Assembly (NCBI GenBank): GCA_964291625.2
Contig: OZ220089.1
Location: 352,001-416,000, forward strand
Direction: 5' to 3'
Source of the DNA: Candidatus Latescibacterota bacterium
GTDB taxonomy: Bacteria; Latescibacterota; UBA2968; UBA8231
DNA length: 64,000 bases
Shown here: piece by piece, positions 18,841 to 26,506 of the stretch
Layout: every line of letters begins with the position of its first letter
Position numbering within the stretch: the first letter of the stretch is position 1
Program-made: the position numbers and the translations under genes
Notes under the pieces: generated by a model
Told to the model about the DNA's origin: nothing
The model's input: the letters and a program-made list of their open reading frames with translations, nothing else
Databases searched by the model: none

Positions 18841-18874
18841 AAATGGGTGGCCGGTTTGCACCGGCCACCCATTT
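18841..18874 (-). terminator. 15-bp perfect hairpin with GCAA tetraloop between the first and second genes of the operon (attenuator or stabiliser)
   Basis: Minus strand AAATGGGTGGCCGGT-GCAA-ACCGGCCACCCATTT followed by GTTTCT. Confidence 0.7.
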
Positions 18875-18916
18875 CCCGAGTCAGGCTGCTCTCAACAAGA
18901 GACGCCCGCAGGCCGC

Positions 18917-20758
18917 TTACTTGAGCAGAGTTACGCGCTTGCTCTCGGCAAAGCTCCCGGCGACCATCCGGAATACATAGACCCCGCTGCCGACCTTGGC
19001 GCCGCGAGAGTCCGTGCCGTCCCAGGTGACGTGGTAGGAACCGGGATCCAGCATCTGGTCGACCAGTCTGGCCACCTCCTGGCCGGCCACGTTGTGCACG
19101 GTCAGGGTCACCGACTCGTGCAGTTCGGGAACGGCGATGCGGACCGTGGTCTCGGGGTTGAAGGGGTTCGGGAAGGCGTCACCCAGTGCGAAGGCTCCGG
19201 GCTTTGCCCCCTCGACTTCGGAGATCCCGCTTTCCAACTCACCAACCCGTGCCCGGGCGATGTCCATTGGGAAGTGCGCCAGATAAGGCCCGGCCCCCAC
19301 GCCGATGTACAGCCCGTCGGCCTCGTTGTCGTTGTCCATCAACATGGCGATGCCGCCGAGTGCGCCCGGGGGCATGTGGATTCCCACGTTGAGCTTGAAC
19401 AGACCGAACCCGTCGGGTCCCAGGACCGTGGCCCATTCAGGCGCTTCCCAGCCGCCGACGAGGCTGATTCCCCAGCGGGTGGCCAATATGCTGATCGGAA
19501 TGTTCGAAGGGATCCCCAGGGCCTCCCTCTCCTCACTGGTGTAGTAGTCGAGGTAGAAGTCGCCGTTCTGGTTCTTCCAGACCAGATTGAGGTCGTGATC
19601 GGTCTTCGTCGGGCCCGCTCCGGGGCGCCCGAGATAACTGGTCCCGTAGTAGCCCGTGTCGTCGACATCGAACCCGGCCACGGACTTGAAGTTTCTGGGG
19701 GCGCCTTCGTCGTTGTAGACCTGCGGGAAGTAGTCCAGGAAGGACAGGACGTCCACCAGCTCTCCGGTGGCGCGGTCGAACCTCTGCACCGCGGGACCTG
19801 GCGAACCGTAGGGCTCCACGTGGTCGGCGACGGTGGCGTAGAGCAGGCCGTCGTCGGCAACCCAGGGATGGTGTCGGGCGTTGGTCACCATGGTGGTGAT
19901 GCCGCGAACCTCCATTGCGATGTACCCGCCGTCGGCGTTCTCCCAGCTCTCGTCCAGCAACGCGGTGCCCGCCTCGCGATCGATGATCGCTCGGTACAGG
20001 CCGCCCGGCGGGTTCTGGAAGCGGATGACGTACGCCACTCCGTCCTCGGCCGGATCCATCTGCAGGTAGCCGACGTCCTTCCAGTCGTTCCCGCTCTCGG
20101 CCGGAACCGCGTTGACCCACGGGATGGCGAAGGTCTCGAAGGCTTCGGGATTGGCGAGCAGGTCGGTGCCCATTTCGCTCACCCTGATGTTCCACACGCC
20201 ATCGATCTGCTGGGGGAACCAGATCTCCGGGGGGCTCTTCGTGTCGTCGACCACCGAGTTCTGCCAGGGGGCCATGGTCCCGCCCGCGTAGGTGGGCTTG
20301 GAGTCGACGTCGATGGCGAACAGGTAGGTCCTGTAGGCGCCGGAAGCCACCGCCGCTCCCGTGTAATCCGTGCCGTCCCAGGTGATGGTGTTCGAGCCCG
20401 CGTCGAACCGGTCTCCGGCACTGATGTAGACCAGGGTATCCAAGCCGGCGGCGCGGATCAGGCTCTGCTCGATGCCTCCCACCCCGAAAGGCTCTCCGCC
20501 GTACTGGGGATCGGCATCCAGGGTGTACACGGCGAGCCAGACCATGGCCGAGGGAACGCCTTCGATGGTGAAAGGGATCTCGAGCGGGGAACCGTCAAAA
20601 CTGTGGTCCACGTCCTCGGTCGAGAGTTTCAGCACCGTCGGCGCACCACCCTTCCAGTGGGCGTCGAAGCTCTGCCAGTCCGGGTTCGACTGGCCGAAAT
20701 CGTTTGCCGCGACCGTCCCGACCAGCCCGGAACACAGCAGAAGGATCGCCTTTTTCAT
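18917..20758 (-). CDS. Secreted protein with N- and C-terminal FlgD-Ig domains and T9SS type A-like C-terminal sorting domain
   Basis: ATG 20758 preceded by AAGGAG. Signal MKKAILLLCSGLVGTVAA. ITWDGTDYTGAAVASGAY near the N-terminus. AFPNPFNPETT...VHNVAGQEVARLV...WDGTDSRGAKVGSGVYVFRM...KRVTLLK at the C-terminus. Confidence 0.85.
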   Translation of the reverse strand: MKKAILLLCSGLVGTVAANDFGQSNPDWQSFDAHWKGGAPTVLKLSTEDVDHSFDGSPLEIPFTIEGVPSAMVWLAVYTLDADPQYGGEPFGVGGIEQSLIRAAGLDTLVYISAGDRFDAGSNTITWDGTDYTGAAVASGAYRTYLFAIDVDSKPTYAGGTMAPWQNSVVDDTKSPPEIWFPQQIDGVWNIRVSEMGTDLLANPEAFETFAIPWVNAVPAESGNDWKDVGYLQMDPAEDGVAYVIRFQNPPGGLYRAIIDREAGTALLDESWENADGGYIAMEVRGITTMVTNARHHPWVADDGLLYATVADHVEPYGSPGPAVQRFDRATGELVDVLSFLDYFPQVYNDEGAPRNFKSVAGFDVDDTGYYGTSYLGRPGAGPTKTDHDLNLVWKNQNGDFYLDYYTSEEREALGIPSNIPISILATRWGISLVGGWEAPEWATVLGPDGFGLFKLNVGIHMPPGALGGIAMLMDNDNEADGLYIGVGAGPYLAHFPMDIARARVGELESGISEVEGAKPGAFALGDAFPNPFNPETTVRIAVPELHESVTLTVHNVAGQEVARLVDQMLDPGSYHVTWDGTDSRGAKVGSGVYVFRMVAGSFAESKRVTLLK

Positions 20759-20929
20759 GAGTTGCTCCTTTTCTCCGCCCTCCATGACGAGCCCGGTTCA
20801 ATCCGGCTTTGAGGGGTGAGATTTGGTTCGTGACCTGCTATCTCCATGCCGGGTTTCGGCAGGGCCACTAAAGAGGCCACTATTGATTCTGCCTGCGGCT
20901 CAATCCTTTGGCTCCTTCTCGTTCAATAA

Positions 20930-20960
20930 CACCATTACCACCCTTTTTCGTGTATGTCAA
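20930..20960 (-). promoter_or_regulatory. Putative sigma70 promoter for the envelope operon
   Basis: Perfect TTGACA (20960-20955) followed by TGGTAATGGT, an imperfect -10, in a locally AT-rich intergenic region. Confidence 0.45.
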
Positions 20961-20961
20961 G

Positions 20962-20999
20962 AGAAAAAACAGGCCCGCGTCCCACCTGGGGCGCGGGCC
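20962..20999 (-). terminator. Rho-independent terminator after the small lipoprotein gene
   Basis: Minus strand GGCCCGCGCCCC-AGGT-GGGACGCGGGCC (one mismatch) followed by TGTTTTTTCT. Confidence 0.7.
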
Positions 21000-21021
21000 A
21001 CGGTTGACGCTTATGTTTCGC

Positions 21022-21525
21022 TTATGATCCGCTTTCCGGATCAGAATACCCCTCGGGCCCTGATCCCTCTGCCTCGCCCGCCTTGATCCTCACGGGGTCA
21101 GACCCGACCGAGATGAACCTGGTCCGCGGGTTGAGGGTGAGTTTGTCGTAGTTCCCGAAGGGCCGCCAGCGCTTGGCCCCCGGGGTGGTCATGGTCTGGG
21201 GCTCGGCGTCCGGCGCCTCGACACCGATCATCCGCAGAGCCTCCTCCTCATCGAAAGGATCCATCCCTTCGAATCTGTAGCTGACATAGCTCGCCTCCCC
21301 CGCCTTAATTACCACGAAGACCCGTACACCCGTACCGAGCACATCCTGCCACAGCAGGTGCCCGAACCTCTTTCCCGAGTCCTGGACGTTCTGCATGGGT
21401 TCTCCCCAGCGCTCGATCAGTTGTGCCTCGCTCGTCCCGAGCACCTCGTGCACATCCAGCGGCGGCCGCTCCCGGGAGCAGGACACGCCGAGAACCAGGA
21501 CTGTGACGGCCAGTGCGATTCGCAT
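21022..21525 (-). CDS. Hypothetical lipoprotein
   Basis: 167 aa with a clear lipoprotein signal MRIALAVTVLVLGVSC, followed by a terminator. Confidence 0.75.
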   Translation of the reverse strand: MRIALAVTVLVLGVSCSRERPPLDVHEVLGTSEAQLIERWGEPMQNVQDSGKRFGHLLWQDVLGTGVRVFVVIKAGEASYVSYRFEGMDPFDEEEALRMIGVEAPDAEPQTMTTPGAKRWRPFGNYDKLTLNPRTRFISVGSDPVRIKAGEAEGSGPEGYSDPESGS

Positions 21526-21631
21526 CCGGATCCGATCCCTGTCTTCAACTCGCTCTGAAGCCCGGCACCTCCCGGCATCGGGCCGAGAGCCGCAAAATAA
21601 GCCGGACTCGACGGATTGTCGATCGAGTCAG

Positions 21632-24436
21632 ATGCGGTCCCGGATCTGGATGCTGGTCCTGGCGCTGACGAGCGGCGCCGGTGCGACGGCAGAGGCGGGC
21701 GAGCCCCGTCTGGGGCTCGCCCAGGACGTCTCGGGCCGGTCCTTCCTCTACCAATCGGATCCTGCCTACCAGAACTACGGGTTCGAGGACTACACACTTC
21801 CGGAGTTCACGAGCTTCGCACGGCGCAACTACTACGGCCCCCTGGGCAACTTCCTGATCGAGGGCTACGACGTGTACGAGTGGCGGGAGACGCGGGCGTC
21901 CTCGACCACGGCCTGGCACAAGTCGTTGCGCACCATCCCCCGCTGGGGGCGCTTCGAGCGCAACCTGGTAGCCCGGGAGTCTCACTCCCGGTGGGCGGCG
22001 AGCCTGATCTACGGGGAGGAGATCCGCACCCTCTTCACGCCGTTGACGCTGGCCCTGCCGGGATACGACGGCATCCGCCTGGACACCCAGGTGGGCAACA
22101 CCCGGGTGGCCGTCATCGGACAGCGCTACACCGGCCACTTCGCCGCCGGCCGCTACGGCGATGGTCCGGTCTGGACCGACTGGGACTTCACCGAGCACAG
22201 GCGGAGTTCGCTCATGCTCCTGGGGGCTCACGGCGACGTCGAGCTGGGAGCGCTGACCCTGGGAGCCACGGGGGTGAACTTCCACATCTTCGACGCCGAG
22301 CAGGAGAGCTTCGATCTGCGCGGCGGGCTGCAGGCCGAGCAGGTGCTGCCGGTGGCCTACCTGGTGCGGTTCTCCGATGATTCGCCGGAGGACCTGCAGG
22401 CCGGCGCCCTGGTATCGGAGGTCCGTCTGAAGATCAACGGCGAGGACCGGCCGGACCTGCGGCCCTTCCTGGCCCGGATCGACGGCCGGAATCCAACGGC
22501 GGTGGGCACCACCAACCGGCTCACGGGTCAGTTCCGGCGGGCGGTCTACCTCGACCGGGACACGCGCTTCGCGGACCTGCTCTACCTGCGCGATCACCTG
22601 CGGGGCGAAGACGTGTCGGACAAGGTCAACCTGGAGGAGCTGCTGCGCTGGGTGCAGGTCCTGCCCGACGTTCCGGGCCATCGCGCCGACGGCCACGACC
22701 AGATCATCGCGATGTTCGACGTGAGCCAGGAGCCCTTCGTCCGCCAGGTGCAGGTGGAGGCGCTGGTGGGCAACGACTACCGGGTCGAGGTGCTGCCGCT
22801 GTTCGTCTCGGCGCCGGCGGTGGAGGAGTACGAGTTCCACTACCGTGTCGGCGGCAACACCCTGGTTCCCGGGCAGGGCTACTTCGTGGAAAGGGAGACG
22901 CCGGGGGTGACCGCCGCCCGCCGGTCCCGGGGCAACGTGCAGGACATGTCGAACCTGGAGTGGGTGCGCCTGGACCTGGGGGAGTGGACCGGCCGCGCCC
23001 TGTGGGGGCTCAACGGGTCCTGGGAGTGGGGCGACGCCGAGGTGCGCTGGGAGTACGCCCGCAGCGTGGAGTTTCGGGAGTTCCCCGACGGCCGGCCGGG
23101 GTATCGCGAGGACCGGGAGGTGAGGGGCATTCGCCGCTGGAACGGGGCGCGCAGCAGCACGGACGCGGGCGCGTACTACGTGAACGGGCGCTGGCGCCGG
23201 GGCCGGGTGGAGGCAGGGGGGGAGCTGTTCTCGATCGCCGAGGAGTACGACAGCGGCTTCGTGCAGGACAACGACGACGACGACCGCTATCCCGACATCG
23301 GCCCCGGACATCGCCCCATGAGCGCTGACACGGGCACGCCCTTCGACCCGGACGGGGTGTTCCCGGGCAACGACCGGGACAACGACCGGATTCCGGACAC
23401 CAACCGCAACGGCAACCGGGTACCCGACTACCTGGAGGCGTTCCTGCTGTACGACGTGGAGCCGGAAGAGTATGCCTATGGCCGGGACGCCAACAACAAC
23501 GGGATCGCCGACCACCGCGAGGACGACCTGGATTCGGACTACCCCTACGAGGTGGACCAGCGCGGCCACCACGTCTTCGGGACGCTGCATCTGCCGGGCG
23601 GCTTCGGTCTCACGTCGGGCCGTCTGCAGGCGGAGGGGATCGTCAGCGGCGGCCGCAACGAGAGCACCTACGGCGTGGTCACCTTCCGCCGCCACAACCC
23701 CCGGTGGGGCTCGGTCTGGGCCGAGACCCGCCTCCGGCGGCTCCATGACGACATCGTCGACAACTACGTCGTCTTCGACGAGACATGGGGCCGCTATCCC
23801 AACCGGGAGCGGACTTACGCCCCCACCAGGCTCCTGGATCTGCTCGAGTACCGGGACAGCCTGGACCGGCAGCACTACGTCGAGGCCGATCTGACCGCCT
23901 CCCCCGGTCTCCGTCTCAGCGGCAACCTGCGCCATGCGGTCAACGAGCAGCAGGAGGCGACCCTGGCCGACGGCAGCGACCAGGCCGCCGACACCATCAC
24001 CCGCCTGACGATGGTGGCCCGGGCCGAGTACGTGCTGGAGCTGTCGGACCGCTGGCGGGTGATCGCCCAGGCCAAAGGGTTGCGGCTGCGCCGGACCCGG
24101 CAGAGCCTGGCCGTGGACCTGGCAGACGAGTGGACCTTCGTACCGATCCTCAAGGCCTCCTGTCACATCACACCGCGCACCCACCTGTGGCTCGGCACCC
24201 AGGGACTGCCGGGACTGCCCTTGCGAAAGGAGGACCTGGCCGACGGCCGCGACAGCTACGAGGAGGTGGTGCGGGTGGTGCAGCTGACGAACTGGGCGCC
24301 CTACTTCGGGTACAACATCGCCACCAACCTGGGCGTCAAGTGGAGCCGGCGCCAGTACGGAGATCCCGCGCGGGACAGGGACAACGTCGACATCACCTCC
24401 GCCTTCATGCGCGTCATCCTGGGCTTCGACGAGTAG
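21632..24436 (+). CDS. Uncharacterised exported protein, paralogue A' (near-identical inverted copy of 8363-11173)
   Basis: Start reassigned to ATG 21632 (MRSRIWMLVLALTSGAGATAEA signal). The protein aligns end to end with paralogue A, with long nucleotide-identical stretches. Confidence 0.85.
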   Translation: MRSRIWMLVLALTSGAGATAEAGEPRLGLAQDVSGRSFLYQSDPAYQNYGFEDYTLPEFTSFARRNYYGPLGNFLIEGYDVYEWRETRASSTTAWHKSLRTIPRWGRFERNLVARESHSRWAASLIYGEEIRTLFTPLTLALPGYDGIRLDTQVGNTRVAVIGQRYTGHFAAGRYGDGPVWTDWDFTEHRRSSLMLLGAHGDVELGALTLGATGVNFHIFDAEQESFDLRGGLQAEQVLPVAYLVRFSDDSPEDLQAGALVSEVRLKINGEDRPDLRPFLARIDGRNPTAVGTTNRLTGQFRRAVYLDRDTRFADLLYLRDHLRGEDVSDKVNLEELLRWVQVLPDVPGHRADGHDQIIAMFDVSQEPFVRQVQVEALVGNDYRVEVLPLFVSAPAVEEYEFHYRVGGNTLVPGQGYFVERETPGVTAARRSRGNVQDMSNLEWVRLDLGEWTGRALWGLNGSWEWGDAEVRWEYARSVEFREFPDGRPGYREDREVRGIRRWNGARSSTDAGAYYVNGRWRRGRVEAGGELFSIAEEYDSGFVQDNDDDDRYPDIGPGHRPMSADTGTPFDPDGVFPGNDRDNDRIPDTNRNGNRVPDYLEAFLLYDVEPEEYAYGRDANNNGIADHREDDLDSDYPYEVDQRGHHVFGTLHLPGGFGLTSGRLQAEGIVSGGRNESTYGVVTFRRHNPRWGSVWAETRLRRLHDDIVDNYVVFDETWGRYPNRERTYAPTRLLDLLEYRDSLDRQHYVEADLTASPGLRLSGNLRHAVNEQQEATLADGSDQAADTITRLTMVARAEYVLELSDRWRVIAQAKGLRLRRTRQSLAVDLADEWTFVPILKASCHITPRTHLWLGTQGLPGLPLRKEDLADGRDSYEEVVRVVQLTNWAPYFGYNIATNLGVKWSRRQYGDPARDRDNVDITSAFMRVILGFDE
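21713..24433. repeat. ~2.7-kb inverted repeat, partner copy at ~8366-11090
   Basis: For example, ~21996-22055 is the exact reverse complement of 10741-10800. Similarity extends across the whole mature-protein coding region, interrupted by divergent patches. Confidence 0.9.
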
Positions 24437-24438
24437 GC

Positions 24439-26448
24439 CTACAACCCGGAGAAATAGCTCAGATCCAGGTGCGGGTCCTCCATGTACCCCGCCACGTGGG
24501 CGAGATCCGAGAAGAACAAGTGCTGGTGGTCCTTTCGGAACTGCACCAGCTCTCGCAGGGCCTCCCTCGCTTCGTGCACCCGCTCCTCGGGCACCTCCCT
24601 GCTCCCGTCGTGGAGGGCGGTGAAGGCGGTCGTCAGGAGGGCGTGCTCCAGACCCACCTGGAGGAACCTGACTCGATCGGCGAACTCCGGACGGGGGCTC
24701 GCGGCCGCCTCTCCAAGCGCCTGCCCCAGGATGGGGACGGCCGGCTCGAGTATCTCCGGGGGGAAGGCATCGTGGGCCTGGAGGGGGTACTTGGCGTACC
24801 GGCGCACCTCCAGATCCTGGATGAAGTTCAGGGTGTTCTCCACCGCATAGCCCTCCCAGTAGTCGAAGTAGCGCCCGACGCTCTCCGCCGCGGGGCCGAA
24901 GGCCGAGAGGTACTCCTGGCGAATCGCCTCGATCTCCAGTTCCGGATCGCTGTTCAACCGCAGGTGCATGTAGAGCCGGGGCCCGTGCACCGCCCACTGG
25001 CCGGTGTTCATGTCGAAGTCGGTGCCTTCCATTCCGTTCTCGTAGGCGAACTTGAAGAAGGCCCCGGACTGGCGGGTCTCGAAGTGGGGCAACACGTAGC
25101 CGTCGAGGAGGTAGTTGGGCCTGTACCCCATCCTCATGCCCGTCTTCTTCCAGCCGAGCCACTGCTCCTTCATCCACTCGAAGGCCGCCGTGGGCATTGG
25201 GAAGTAGCGCAGGTGAGGGTCCCGCCACTGGACGAACTCACCGTAGTAGCTCGGGCCGAGATGGACATCGTTGACCGGTGCGGTGAACTCGTTCTCGTAG
25301 AGGGACATGACGAAGATCCGCACGTCCGGATTCCGCCTCGCCGCCTTCTCCCGGATCACCTGCCAGAATCGGACGTAGCGGTCGGAGGTCTGGCCGTAGA
25401 AGACCTGCCGGTCGTGGTCGTCCTCGTACATGAGCCTGGCAAACCATGGCGGCCGATCCGGCTGGGGGCTGTCCCAGGCCCGGCAGGGGGCGCACGTGCA
25501 CCGGCCCGGCCGGTCCACCGGCCTCACGACGAGGCCCCTCTCCCCGTCCCATTGCTCGACGATGTGGTCCTGCAACTCCTCGTTGGTCACACACAGGGAT
25601 ACAAACGGATGGGGCCTGCCCGGTTTCGGATTCCCCCGCCTCCCGTCCCGCGTGAGGACGAACCACTCCGGGTGTTTCTCGCCGTACTCATTCCAGCTGA
25701 TCGCCTTGTGATCCCCCCGGGGGTGCGCGTCCCTGCCGCCCAGCCGGTGTCTCCGGTAGAGCACCCTGAGCGCCTTGTCGTAGTCGAGGGCGACCCCTGG
25801 CGAGAACCCCAATCGCGCCCTGGCGCTGCCCTCCCAGAAGTCGTGGGGAGGAATCCTCATGTGACGGAAGAGGAGGGCCGGCCGCTCCATCCGCCTGACG
25901 GCCGGAATCAGTATCGTCGCCGTCCCGGGCACGTAGGTTCCCAGATCGCCGGGCCACAACCATCTCACGCCCACGAACTCCTCCAGGAACTCGTAGACGC
26001 CGAAGAGGGTGCCCACGTCCGGATTGTCCAGCACCAGGGGGTCGGCGTCACTCTCCCTTCCCAGGATGTAGAGATCGTTGCCCACGGAGCGCATGACGAA
26101 GGTCTCCCTGGGCAGGCGTTCCACGTCGATCCCCTGGCGCAGGGCGGATTCCGTCTCCCCCACGTAGATGCGGGTGTTGACGTCCTCGGGCGTCTCTGAT
26201 TCGGGTACGACATCCAGGGTGACGCCGGTGGCGAGCCGCACGTGCTCCACCAGCTCCTCCACGGCATAGGCCGCCGTCCTCGTGGGCCTCTCGGCCGTGG
26301 CCACCACGGACCGCGGTTCCCCGTCCACCACCACCGTGACCTGCGCCCCGGCCGCCGCGGGCAGGATGGCCGCGCCGGCCAGCACCAGAGCCGTTGTGAG
26401 GCGACTGGCGGTATGGATCCCGCCGATATTGAAGATCGATCGGATCAT
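24439..26448 (-). CDS. DUF4838 domain-containing secreted protein (putative glycoside hydrolase)
   Basis: ATG 26448 with AAGGAG. Signal peptide, AVEELVEHVRLATG (GH20/GH67-like N-domain), GTLFGVYEFLEEFVGVRWLWPG, HPEWF, LCVTN, CTCAPC, SDRY and FGPAA. Confidence 0.85.
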   Translation of the reverse strand: MIRSIFNIGGIHTASRLTTALVLAGAAILPAAAGAQVTVVVDGEPRSVVATAERPTRTAAYAVEELVEHVRLATGVTLDVVPESETPEDVNTRIYVGETESALRQGIDVERLPRETFVMRSVGNDLYILGRESDADPLVLDNPDVGTLFGVYEFLEEFVGVRWLWPGDLGTYVPGTATILIPAVRRMERPALLFRHMRIPPHDFWEGSARARLGFSPGVALDYDKALRVLYRRHRLGGRDAHPRGDHKAISWNEYGEKHPEWFVLTRDGRRGNPKPGRPHPFVSLCVTNEELQDHIVEQWDGERGLVVRPVDRPGRCTCAPCRAWDSPQPDRPPWFARLMYEDDHDRQVFYGQTSDRYVRFWQVIREKAARRNPDVRIFVMSLYENEFTAPVNDVHLGPSYYGEFVQWRDPHLRYFPMPTAAFEWMKEQWLGWKKTGMRMGYRPNYLLDGYVLPHFETRQSGAFFKFAYENGMEGTDFDMNTGQWAVHGPRLYMHLRLNSDPELEIEAIRQEYLSAFGPAAESVGRYFDYWEGYAVENTLNFIQDLEVRRYAKYPLQAHDAFPPEILEPAVPILGQALGEAAASPRPEFADRVRFLQVGLEHALLTTAFTALHDGSREVPEERVHEAREALRELVQFRKDHQHLFFSDLAHVAGYMEDPHLDLSYFSGL

Positions 26449-26506
26449 GGGATGGCTCTCCTTGTGCGACGGCGACGGGGATGCGGCCCCGGCCAGGCTG
26501 GCACCC

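Noticed and set aside
8363-24436. A/A' differences as DGR-type adenine mutagenesis or a site-specific shufflon
   Set aside because: The differences involve all bases and an indel and span several patches. No RT, invertase or short recombination sites were found.
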